DNA of 63,900 nt, filler included, from Choristocarpus tenellus KU-1152 (Eukaryota; Protista; Phaeophyceae), in assembly GCA_964200185.2 (NCBI GenBank). It is 13 parts of 13 records of this genome, joined end to end, with 100 filler letters (N's around TTAATTAATTAA, not from the genome) between each part and the next. Parts side by side here need not be neighbours in the genome. Positions count along the whole stretch, not along the records: positions 21,577 to 29,957 come from CAXNAD020004786.1; positions 30,058 to 33,768 come from CAXNAD020018367.1; positions 33,869 to 38,820 come from CAXNAD020012406.1; 10 more parts are not named here. One strand, given 5' to 3'. Below, piece after piece: positions 26,053-37,202 of the stretch; the stretch's first letter is position 1; every line of letters starts with the position of its first letter. Under the pieces are notes generated by a model. It worked only from the letters and a program-made list of their open reading frames with translations. It was not told the DNA's origin and ran no database searches. The translations under genes were made by a program, and so were the position numbers.

Positions 26053-28770
26053 ATGATTGTCGATCCTTCTTCGCGCGCGATAAGCACGCCACACTTATCT
26101 AGTAGTGGAACTCCCAACAGAAAGGAAGACCAATCGACTAAGTTGCACTCTCCTTGCACAACCATGCTTGTCGGGCAACATGGAAATTTGCTCGCTAACC
26201 CAGGACTCTGCGGACACATTTACCATAGGAACGTCCTTTTCTCATCCTCGTTGTTTGGGAATTACGCAGTGGTAGAGTCCTCCACACGATCACCTGCTAG
26301 GGAAGTCAAAGTTGTGGTGCAGGCATGCAGTCAAGGTCAGCCAAGGTCGATGCTGGGCAATGAAAGCAAAGTTAATGCCCGTCGAGGGAGCGCATCGGAA
26401 AGAGTGAATGATCAGCGAAACGTCTTCACCTACACAGCTCGTATCAAGGCATGCGGACCAAACGGCGAGTGGAAGCTTGCCTTGTCCTTGCTTGATGAAA
26501 TGATAGAGAAGGGTATATCGCCAAATGTTATCACGTACAATGTACTCATCAAAGTATGTGGTTCAACGGGTAAGTGGAGGCATGCCCTATCACTGCTGGA
26601 GGAGATGCCTGCAAAAGGCATCTTCCCGGATGTAATCACATACAACACAGTTATCAAGGCATGCAGTGGCCAGGGTCAATGGAAGCGGACGCTGTCCTTG
26701 CTCAGGGAGATGGCAACGAAAGGGGTTTATCCGAACACCATCACCTACAACACGGTCATCGCAGCATGTGGTAGTCAGGGTCAGTGGCAACATGCCTTGT
26801 CCCTACTGGAAGAGATGTCGGCAAGAGGACTCTACCCAGACGTCATCACGTACAACACTGCCATCAAGGCATGTGGTGACGAGGGGCAGTGGGAGCTTGC
26901 CTTGTCCTTGCTGGAGGAAATGTCGACCAAGGGAATTTCACCCGATGTCATCACTTTCAACACTGCTATCAAGGCATGCAGTGACCGGGGTAAATGGGAA
27001 CATGCATTCTCCTTGCTAGCGGAAATGAAAACCAGAGGACTTGTTCCGAACGAGATCACATATAACGCAGCTATCACAGCATGTGGCGTAGGGGGAAAGT
27101 GGGAGCTTGCCCTATCCTTACTGGAGGAGATGCCAGCAAATGGACTTTCACCAAATGTAATCACCTTCAACTCGGTGCTCGAAGCATGTGGTATGAACAA
27201 CCAGTGGGAACGTGCATTGTCCTTAATGGAGCAGATGCGAGAAAGTGGAACTTCCCCCAATGCAATCACCTACAACTCGGCGATCAAAGCATGTGGTATG
27301 AGTGGCAAGTGGGAACTCACCTTATCTTTAATGGAGCAGATGCCAGAGGAAAGGGTTCGCCCGGATGTGATCACATACAACACAGTCATCAAGGCATTAG
27401 GTGACCATGGCCAGTGGGAACAAGCATTGTCCTTGCTCCGGGACATGCCCATGAAACAGATTTATCCAGATGTCATCACATATAACACTGCTATCAAAGC
27501 GTGTGGTAATGAGGGCCAGTGGGAGCTTGCACTGTCCTTGCTGGAAGAGATGCCAGGAAAGAGAATTTCACCGAATGCCATCACATTCAACACCGTCATC
27601 AAGGCATGTGGTAATGTGGGGCAATGGGAGCGCACCTTATCGTTGCTGGAGGAGATGTCAGCAAAGAGCCTCTCCCCAGATGTCATCACATACAACACAG
27701 TTATCAAGGCAGTCGGTGATCATGGCCAGTGGGAGCATACCTTATCCTTGCTGGCAGGGATGTCAGCAAAAGGGCCTTCCCCTGATATCATCACCTACAA
27801 CTCGGTGATCCAGGCCTGTGGTAGTGGTGGGCACTGGGAGCATGCCTTGCCCTTGATGAGGCACATGTCAGCGAAAGGGATACACCCTGATGTCATAACC
27901 TACAACTTGGCTATTAAGGCTTGTGGGGAGCAGGGTGAAGGGCAGCATGCCTTGTCCTTACTGACGGAGATGCAGGCAAAGGGACTGTCCCCAGACAAAC
28001 TCGTCTACAACTCAGCCTTGAAGGCAGTTGGTGATCAGGGTCAGTGGGAGCATGCATTATCCCTACTGAAGGACATGCGAAAGAAGGGAGTATCCCCGGA
28101 TGAGTGCACATACAACATCGCCATCAAAGTGTGTGGTGATCAGGGTCAGTGGGAGCTTGCATTGTCCTTGCTTGATGAGATGCCAGCAAAAATGATTCCC
28201 CAAAATGCCATCACATACAACACAGCCATCAAAGCATGTGGTGATTGGGGTCAATGGGAGCTTGCAGCATCCTTGCTGAAAGAAATGTCGTCCAAGGGAC
28301 TTGTTCCCGACTCTATCACATACAACACGGTTATCTCGGCTTGTGGTACTGGAGGCAAGTGGGAGAAAGCCTTGTCTTTGCTGGAGGAGATGTCGTCAAA
28401 GGGAATTTCTCCGGACGTTATTACGTATAACTCAGCCATCGACGCTTGTGGTAGTAGTGGCCAGTGGGAACGTGCCTTGTCCTTGATGGAACAGATGACG
28501 GCGCAGGGTATTCCCCCAGATGTCATCACCTACAACACAGCGATCACAGCATGTGGGGATCAGGGTCAATGGCAGCATGCGCTATCCTTGCTGAAGGAGA
28601 TGGCAACGAAAAGGATTCCTCCAGACGTTGTCACTTACAACTCTGCCATCAAGGCAGTGGGCGATCAAGGTTACTGGGACCGTGCCTTGTCCTTGCTCAT
28701 GGTTATGAAAGCCAACGGGGTTTCTCCCAATGTGGTAACGTACAACACTGCCATCATATCGTTTATATAG
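26053..28770 (+). CDS. P-class pentatricopeptide repeat (PPR) protein: 22 full 35-aa repeats plus a partial 23rd, intronless
   Basis: Open frame of about 905 codons; consensus DVITYNTAIKACGDQGQWELALSLLEEMSAKGISP. First ATG at 26053 (the ORF track starts at TTG 26044); true start uncertain. Confidence 0.95.
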   Translation: MIVDPSSRAISTPHLSSSGTPNRKEDQSTKLHSPCTTMLVGQHGNLLANPGLCGHIYHRNVLFSSSLFGNYAVVESSTRSPAREVKVVVQACSQGQPRSMLGNESKVNARRGSASERVNDQRNVFTYTARIKACGPNGEWKLALSLLDEMIEKGISPNVITYNVLIKVCGSTGKWRHALSLLEEMPAKGIFPDVITYNTVIKACSGQGQWKRTLSLLREMATKGVYPNTITYNTVIAACGSQGQWQHALSLLEEMSARGLYPDVITYNTAIKACGDEGQWELALSLLEEMSTKGISPDVITFNTAIKACSDRGKWEHAFSLLAEMKTRGLVPNEITYNAAITACGVGGKWELALSLLEEMPANGLSPNVITFNSVLEACGMNNQWERALSLMEQMRESGTSPNAITYNSAIKACGMSGKWELTLSLMEQMPEERVRPDVITYNTVIKALGDHGQWEQALSLLRDMPMKQIYPDVITYNTAIKACGNEGQWELALSLLEEMPGKRISPNAITFNTVIKACGNVGQWERTLSLLEEMSAKSLSPDVITYNTVIKAVGDHGQWEHTLSLLAGMSAKGPSPDIITYNSVIQACGSGGHWEHALPLMRHMSAKGIHPDVITYNLAIKACGEQGEGQHALSLLTEMQAKGLSPDKLVYNSALKAVGDQGQWEHALSLLKDMRKKGVSPDECTYNIAIKVCGDQGQWELALSLLDEMPAKMIPQNAITYNTAIKACGDWGQWELAASLLKEMSSKGLVPDSITYNTVISACGTGGKWEKALSLLEEMSSKGISPDVITYNSAIDACGSSGQWERALSLMEQMTAQGIPPDVITYNTAITACGDQGQWQHALSLLKEMATKRIPPDVVTYNSAIKAVGDQGYWDRALSLLMVMKANGVSPNVVTYNTAIISFI

Positions 28771-29818
28771 GGGAACCATTGGTACCAAGGTTGTCGCCCA
28801 ACCATATAGTACTGTGGAGAGTGCGTCCATCACCGCGTGGCTGAGGAATACAGGCGAGACGGTCACAGTCTGTTCTGGTTTGTTGTTGACTTCGTGGCTT
28901 GGGTACTTGGGGGCGTTTCTCTTTGTGTGCTCATCCAATTTTAATGCTATGCATGTTGACTTTCTAAGGGTGTACAGGAAAAAGCATTTTACAGCCCCCC
29001 CCCTAGACTGTATAGCAAAATCGTCTCGGGAGGAAGGGCATGCCAATTCCAAGTATCATGCAATCGGTTGATCTGTGCTGTGTTTTGTATACTTTATGTT
29101 CTTCTGTAGTAGTATGAATAGATTGATTGGAAGAGCCGTTTCTCTCGCTCTCTTCAAGTCCTGCGTGTGGTTGTTGTGTTGTATATATTTCTATGTTAGT
29201 GCTTGATTGGGGTGACTGGCTTGGTTGTTTTTCCCCTTCTCCCAGAGTCAGGGATACATGATATCCTGTTATGAGTTTCCTGGCGTGTGTGTGCATGTGT
29301 GTGTGTGTTTGGTTTGAGAAGTAGGGCTTGTTGTCTTCCACTTTGAATTATGTACCATGTTGGCAAAGTCTGGAGAATCGGGTTGCAAATATCAGGCAAA
29401 GTGCTGGAATCTACGATTTGTTGTAGTTATGTATTTAAAAAAGTGGATGTTGGTTGTCATCAAAGTTCTTACAAAGGTTGCAGGTGTATGTTACACACAC
29501 CTGGCTCATATTTCTTGGTGGTTGAGAGTGCTCTGGCTTTCATGTCAAGCTCTAAAGCATCTAGAGTTTCTCCTGCAATAGATGATATAGGACCAGTCAA
29601 TGGTAGAGCAGTCTGAGCTGCGTTCACTCCATTCTCTCCCTTCATGTCATTGCTTTTTATAGTACCAAGTTGTGATACCACCCCAGAATAGCTTCAATCG
29701 CCCTGCCTTTCATGTTACCCCACCCTCCTCTTCCCACAGTGTCCACTATAATATATTGACAACCCGATCGTCACCCAACTTGGTGCTGACTTTGGGCTGC
29801 CTGTGAGCTTAAACATTT

Positions 29819-29957
29819 GAGTGAAAGTATCTTAGAGGGTACAAGTTTTTCCCTGTTTGTCCATTTGGGGCTTGACTTACCTTGGGGTTTATACGACTTT
29901 CACCTCCTCCAAAGTATTTCGGAGTAGGTAAAATGTTTACGCTATGAAAAGGTGGGT
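29819..29957. mobile_element. MITE family B, reverse orientation, cut by contig end
   Basis: TIR GAGTGAAAGTATCTTAGAGGGTA plus internal homology. Confidence 0.85.
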
Positions 29958-30379
29958 NNNNNNNNNNNNNNNNNNNNNNNNNNNNNNNNNNNNNNNNNNN
30001 NTTAATTAATTAANNNNNNNNNNNNNNNNNNNNNNNNNNNNNNNNNNNNNNNNNNNNGGGGGGGGGAGAAGAAGGGGAAACGTTAGTGCCGTATTACAAA
30101 TGAAATGTTGAATTCAAAGAGTCTTTAGAAAATTGGGTTTTTTTTATTAAACAAGAGCCTAAGGAAAGAAAGAAACAAAAAAAACTTACAATGCAAGAAA
30201 TAATAAAAAAACGATTTTGATGTTGAGGAGGCATTCAATGTATCGATTTCATGAACCGAACGAAGGAACAAATTTTGGTTCTGTTTCAGTTATCAAAAAT
30301 AATGGTAATAACAATGCTTACTGTACTCTACTGAAGAAGAGGACCAACGATGGAAACAGACACAAACCTGTAAAAAAAA

Positions 30380-30582
30380 GTACATACATAGATACATATA
30401 CTACATAGATATATAAACTACATACATAGATACATATACTACATACATAGATATATAAATTACATACATAGATATATAAACTACACACATAGATACATAG
30501 ACTACATAGATATATAAACTACACACATAGATACATAGACTACATATATAAACTACACACATAGATACATACACTACATAGA
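30380..30582. repeat. Degenerate micro/minisatellite (tacatagata / tatataaac units)
   Basis: Directly visible tandem units. Confidence 0.85.
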
Positions 30583-32012
30583 TAATAGTGATCGAGCCTC
30601 TTTCTTTTCAAGTCACACACATTTCCCACCCAAACCTCTCACAACGCCAACGCCTTCCAACGACATAAAACCTTCCGACAAACACACGCTCTGAAAAAGA
30701 AAAAAAAAGTAAGCCCACACACCCTTGGTCCATCTTTTAGCACCATGTGAGACCCTCAGAAGGTGTATAGGGTTTTTTTTCACAACACACCTTTTTTTTA
30801 TTTTTTTTAAAAAATGCTCAAAAAAAGGTACACCACAGAATATTTTCAACCTGATCACAACGTGTGTGCACACACTACTTAACCGAACAGGATAAAAAAA
30901 AAATCAAGGCACACACCGCAGCGGGGTGATTTCAAAAAAGCATTCTGCCCCCGAATGCCTTCCAAGGCAAGTACGCCTTCAAATAAAAAGCTTACATTAC
31001 ACAGGTTCAAACAAACACAAAAATAGAAAGGGTGTCTGTAAGGGCTAGGGTTAGGGTTAGGGTTGGTGTTGGTCGCGTTGATAATTAAAATTAAAAAGAG
31101 GCCACAAAACAACGAACAATCACAGGTGCATCACTTTCTTATCTACTCTCATGCCAGAAGGGTTAAGAGTAGATAGTATTGGACACAAAGGAACACCAAT
31201 GGAACAAATCCCATCATTCCTACAGAAGAACCAGATTTTTCTGCTGATGGACTGTATGTGCGTAAATATATGTATATGCATAGACACACATATACGTATG
31301 GTAGGGAAGAAAATAAAAGCGACTGTTGCATTAAAAGGTTGGGGATACATATGCAATGGGAAATCGTGTTCTGTACTAGATTTTAAAAAAAAGGGAATTG
31401 ACATAAAACTCAAATCGTCTCATTATCTTATTTCACTGAATAAAAAATAATACTAATACTAATACTAATAATATGTAGGACACATTCACCTCAAAAAAAC
31501 AAAAATACTCTATTGCTGTAATTTTTTAGTGAAAAAATTATTGCTCAAAAAAATGTTCCACAAAAACTCTTTAGTGTTCAGTTACAATAACTGACAAAAA
31601 AAAGACTAATTAAACTCAAAAACAAAAAGCAAAAAAGGCCTTCAAATATTTTACACACTCCTCACAAATCAAGGGACAAGACTAGACCTACTAAAAAAAA
31701 CGCAAAGCACCGAATAATAGTATACCATCAAATAAAAAGAAAAATATTATCAAAAGATTCCCGAGGTCAATTCCCAAACTTCTATGACATAAGAAGGTAC
31801 ACACCAAGACTTTCACATCATTGGTTTCCTCCACAGTTAGTTGTACCCTGCCACTGACATCAAAAGTACTGCACTCAAAACCTTGATACACACAACGTAC
31901 TGTGAATAAGTTACACATGGAACTTATTAACTTATTAACTCCCTTTCCTCCTCCCCCCGTCCCCCCCCGTCCCCGTCCATCCCATATTTTCAAAAATGGT
32001 GATTCCACTTAC

Positions 32013-33654
32013 CAACTGGCGCAGCCGTACCAAAGTATGCAGGGTTGACAGGGGAGGGTGTATACTCTTCAATGATACAGGGAGCGACAACACCATTCCC
32101 ACATGTCTGATGCCAAGGAGTAGGAGTAGGAGTAGGAGTAGGAGATCAAAAGTGAGATAATAGGAAGGGGGTGGGTGGGCGAGGGGTCAAGAGGATAGCT
32201 CCTTCAAAAAATATATATATTCCTAAAATATGAAATAGATATATATAAAAAAGCGCAAAATATATATTATTTAAATCATGGGAACAAGAAACGTGCTAAG
32301 ACTTAAAAAAACATCAATTAACATTTCTTTTTCTAAAGAGTGACGAGCCAAAAATATATATATTGGAAATAAAAACTTCAAAAAATGCACAAAATACCAC
32401 CCAATCAGAGAGCACTACTCAAGTCGTTCACCTCCCTCACCACTTACCTATCCAATCCAATCCAACAAAACGCCTCTCCAGTACTAACAAAACACCTTTC
32501 CAGTACTAACAAAACGCCTCTCCGGTACTAACAAAACACCAACCGATCAATGCGTTACGACCACAACCACGAAAGAATCAAACAACTCGCCGTTCCTTCA
32601 AAAAAAACAATCAAAATCACAAATCCAAAAAAATAGCACAAAAAAATCTTCACATAAACAAAAAACAAGAAAACACCAAAATGATTTTTTTTTTAAAACA
32701 GCGAAACACCGTTTTATCACCAAAATTAAAACCACACACTTCCGTCATCATCATCATAGGCAACCTGTTTGTTTACTGTAACCCTACCTGATTGTTCGCA
32801 CGAATAGAGGTGGGGCAACAGCTGGAGGCCCCGCCCGTGCCAACCAGAGTCCCGCAACCGGCCCCTCCACACTGACCACAGTTCTCCTCACAGCAGATGT
32901 CCTCATTTTGGTACCCAGGAAGACCGTTTTGGCAGGTCGATGGAACTTTTTTTTTTTACGCAAAGAGCAATAATCATAAAATGAACAAAATAGTTAATAA
33001 TAAAACAACCCCGTGTGACAACAACGGACAGGTTAATAATAAATAAATAAATAAAAGTTAATTTTAAGCAAAGTATGAACAAGACGTAAAACGTGAAACC
33101 ACTCCCGCTGTAGTCCTTAAAAAATATATATTTATGTATATTTTTAAATCAGAGAACATTATTTATTTCTCGAGCATACCCCATATTCCGGAGCAACTTC
33201 ACACTTTACCGCGGATTGCCGCTGAAGAGAAAAAAAAAAATTGTCATTAAAAAAAATCCTCACCAAATTTATGCATACAGTATGTTTGAGAGAAACAAAA
33301 AAAAATCAAAAAATAAGTTGAAAAAAAATGAATATATATTTATGTACCCATCAAAAAATACATGCAATACATACAAAAGAACAAAAGAACAAAAATAATC
33401 CGGTATTATAGAAAAAAAAATATGTTAAAGTCAGCGTATTCTTTTTCAAAATCAATAATAATGCACTTACTTCCCAGCATATATATATACATATATACTC
33501 ATTAAGGGTTAATTTGTACATATATACATACATACTAATTAAAGGTTAATTTGTACATCTCACCAAATGGAGCGGCAGAGATGAATGCTGTCGGCGTAGG
33601 CGTAGACACCCACCCCCCAATCAGACAAGGAGCTTCCACACCATTGCCACAGAT
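32013..33654 (-). CDS. Fragment of a brown-algal Cys-rich repeat, probably extracellular, protein; exons 33564-33654, 32788-32945, 32013-32106
   Basis: Three GT-AG exons in compatible phases give ICGNGVEAPCLIGGWVSTPTPTAFISAAPF-VPSTCQNGLPGYQNEDICCEENCGQCGGAGCGTLVGTGGASSCCPTSIRANNQ-TCGNGVVAPCIIEEYTPSPVNPAYFGTAAPV. Not present in the ORF track. Confidence 0.85.
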
Positions 33655-35140
33655 CTAATCAACACCAACACCAACATCAAAAAGAGAGTGGACGGGGGGG
33701 GGGGGGGGGGAGACAAGAAGGGACAGGGGACGGAAGTAAAAACAGGTCAATAAAAATAATTAAGTATTNNNNNNNNNNNNNNNNNNNNNNNNNNNNNNNN
33801 NNNNNNNNNNNNTTAATTAATTAANNNNNNNNNNNNNNNNNNNNNNNNNNNNNNNNNNNNNNNNNNNNGTAGGTGTAGTTTGGAAAGGTAGTGGTATGTA
33901 ACACTGGAGTGATTTGCTAGACTTCCAATAATCACTTCTTTTCTTTTTGGAGGGGGGGGGGGGGGGTTAATTAACTATATTTTTGTGTTCAAGTTATTGA
34001 TAGACATCAATAAGGTGGCACTGTCTAGATGTGTCATGCGTTTTAAGCTAGAGTCCCAGGGAGATTGGCACGGAGGGGTTTATTTTGGATTCTTGGGATG
34101 CCTCCCTAGCGTTTCCCCCCAGGGCACTGGAGTAGGTAGATTGGAGGCACAGGAAGGTAGTAGTACAGTATTGACAGTGGTGAAGTAAGAAATGGATTAG
34201 TGTTTTTTACATTTATGATATTGTATTTCCTTAGGGCTTATACTGACAAGTATAGTTTTCATTTGTTTTTCCCCTGACACACGTGGAAAATGTGAGAGGG
34301 CATAATAATAAAATAGGTATCAATCAGGTTATACCTGTTGGTATGATAGGTACACCATTACCATAGTATGTATTTCTTTTAGAGCAAGAAAGATGCTACC
34401 ATCTTCTTTTTAGACGTTTTTGCAGGTTGCAGACAGTGAGAGGTTGGAGGTTTTCGTGTCTACACTGCAGGCATTGGTACAAGTGCTTCCTGCCTCTTGA
34501 GCTTCCTCTCCCAGTAAAGCTATGACCGTAGTGTTATTATTATGTCAAAGTATCTTGAAGGGGGGGGGCGAGGGAGGTGTTTCGTTCATGGCGCTGATGC
34601 AATCTCTTGTACTCTTGAAAATCGAAAATTGACAGTACTGTAGAAAATGAAGACGTTGTCAACACAGTAAGTTCAGTGTGGGCGTTTAAGACAACTTGAT
34701 ACAATGCTGAATATCACCCAACATGGTACCAAAAAAGTAGTATCAAGTCCCTCCTCCAAATGACAGTGGCAGGCAACTACAAAACAAACAAAAAAAGCCG
34801 TTCACTTGCAAAACTTTACTCCTTTTCCTTGAGTCATAGCAAATCGATGCATTGCCTAGCACCCACCTCCCTGCTCGAAGGTGTGCCATGATAGGTCGCA
34901 CAGACCCTGAAAACACGCCACTAGAACAAGAACCAAAACCAAACACTGCACTCAGGCATTACACAGAGCAACATCCTCCCTTAATGCACCGAACCCCCCT
35001 AGAAGATGTCTAGCCTTGCACTTTGGAAAAACGCCGACCAACTCTACTGAACTCTAGAGCTCTATTCACTTCTGTTGTTTTGGGGCAAGCGACAATAGTT
35101 GTGAGACAACATTGTCAAAATTTCTTGGGTTGTTGTTCAC

Positions 35141-37202
35141 CTCAGTGCGGTTTTCGTGGAGCCATTTGACCACATCGAGATGGCCATGCCACGAGGCCAG
35201 GATCATGGCATACTCACTGCAGCCCTCTTTGCGGTTGGCTGACAGGAACTGCAGAACTTCTAGGTGGGCGCCTGCAGCTGCGGCATTCATTGCTGCTGTA
35301 GTGCACCCCTCAGACCGCTGGTAGTGCAAAAACTTCACCACCTTCAAGGGTAACAGGGGTGGTGGTGGTATCACTTGGATTTGAAATCAGGACGGGCGGA
35401 GAGTGACTAAATTTCTTGAAACAGGTTTGGGTTCACGGATGGGTGTTGAAAGGTTGGTGTGGTGATCCATTACCACTCGATCATGTGTCCAACTTCTCTA
35501 GCAGATTTGGCAGGGGGTGAGGTGTGAGGGGGTGAGGTGTGAGAGGGTGAGGGGGTGGGCGGGGTTGGATAGGCACTCTTTTGTTGACTACTGTGTAGAG
35601 TCACATTCACAGAGTCAGCACACATGTTCTCGCAAGGAGAGGTTATCAAATGAACCACCACAATTCCATACCAGTCACGCTGACAACTGGTTTAGGTTTT
35701 AAGTCGTTGAGACGAAAATCTTTGTAAGGACAACATAATTTCAGTTTTTGTACTTCATCAAATAGGAAAGGCAGGGGTGCAAAATCCAGGATCCTTAAGC
35801 ATCCAGGGTCTATAAGAAATGATGTATGCTCCAATTGAGGATCGGCTATAATGAAGTCTTGACTAGATACCTCTAGGTGGCCATTTTTTGCTGCCATATC
35901 CATGGCCTCTGTGCTGCAACCCTCACTCCTATGGTTGTGCAGGTACATAACAACATCGAGGTGCCCTGCAGCGGCTGCACCATCCATGGCTGCCATGGTT
36001 CCTGAGAGGCCAATAATATTCTCTGTGATCCATTTCACAACTTCCAGGCGCCCTGCTGCTGCTGAAAAGTCCAGGGCAAAACTGGTCGCACCCTCGTGTC
36101 GATTCTTGTGGAAGAACTGGAGCACCTACTCCAATCGAATAGGATGGTTTGTCGTCAGGGGGGGGCGTTCAGCTTTCTCTTGAAGTGCATATTCCACATT
36201 GGTCGTTAGACAGACATAAACAAAGGGCAACTTCTTACGTACTGGGAGGTGCTGAAAGTACTTTGAAATTGCTCTATTGGAGTGGGGGGGTGGACAAGTC
36301 AGACTTATCCATCCATTACAGCACCATTGGGGATAATGTTGCACATTTCTCATTACCTGGAGGTGACCATTGCGGGCAGCACCATCCATAGCACGGACTG
36401 TGCAGCCCTCTGTTCGATTTTCGTGGAGCCATCGAACCACATCCAGATGACCAAAGGTGGCTGCTGCATCCATCGCCTCGGTCGTTGCGCCATCGGAGCG
36501 ATTCTTGTGAAGATACTTCACCATCTCCAGGTGACCCTGCCCGGCAGCAAGGGCTATGGCTCGCTCCGTGAACTTGGCTGCCACGTTTTTTACAATATGC
36601 ATGTGCCCGTTACGGGCTGCAATATCGCCATCGGTATACCGCAATGCGCAGACTCCTTGCTGGAAGTCACTTATCGTCTCACCTAGGTTGTCAGCCGCAC
36701 GCTCGAAGAGGCTGCACAAGATACTCGACTTAGATACCCCCGGTCGTGCCACCTGCTGCTCCCGCGCGAGCCTTGGCAACTTCACACAACCCCTTAGACC
36801 AGGGCAACTAAGTGAGCGGGGTCTTCGAGAGGATGGGATTGTTAACGGTTGTGACTCCTGGGCCAGCCTGACTCGGGTAGGAATGGGGCTTACAGGAAGT
36901 GAACCCGATCCTTCTCTATGTTCAGCAGTGAGTGCAGAACCTAGGTTAGATCTAGAAGGCGAATAAAGATATCCTGGTTTCACTGACTTCGACCGGGTGG
37001 GCCGTGAAGCCGATGGTCGCCCAGCCATGGTGTTGGACCCAGTCCGGATCTTTGGAGGTGTACACAGCTGTACGGAGAGTCCCGCCGAGAAGGTAGGATA
37101 TTTGAGAGGCCCCCTTGGAGGCCTTGATAAGGACCAGGGGGTCTCATCGGCATCTGGTCCGCCAACGTCGCTCTGCTGGCGAGGACTTGATGGTTGCGAC
37201 AT
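35141..37202 (-). CDS. Ankyrin-repeat protein with S/P/R-rich N-terminus; exons 36357-37202, 35871-36125, 35141-35341; final exon(s) unresolved
   Basis: Repeats of EGCTxxAMDxAAxxGHLxVVxxLHxNR; phase-0 GT-AG introns; ATG at 37202. Confidence 0.88.

Noticed and set aside
26430-28529. Many antisense and alternate-frame ORFs over the PPR gene (also over the ankyrin genes)
   Set aside because: Shadow ORFs produced by the repetitive coding strand.
29500-29700. Possible minus-strand exon ending KKYEP|gtgtgt
   Set aside because: No recognisable domain and no confidently linked partner exon.
31043-31065. (TTAGGG)n telomere-like run; similar at ~51899-51912
   Set aside because: Only 2-3 units, internal, in low-complexity intronic DNA.
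30058-33768. A-rich composition and absence of the common MITEs, suggesting a contaminant contig
   Set aside because: It encodes a phaeophyte-type module with normal GT-AG introns; the skew is explained by T-rich introns of a minus-strand gene.
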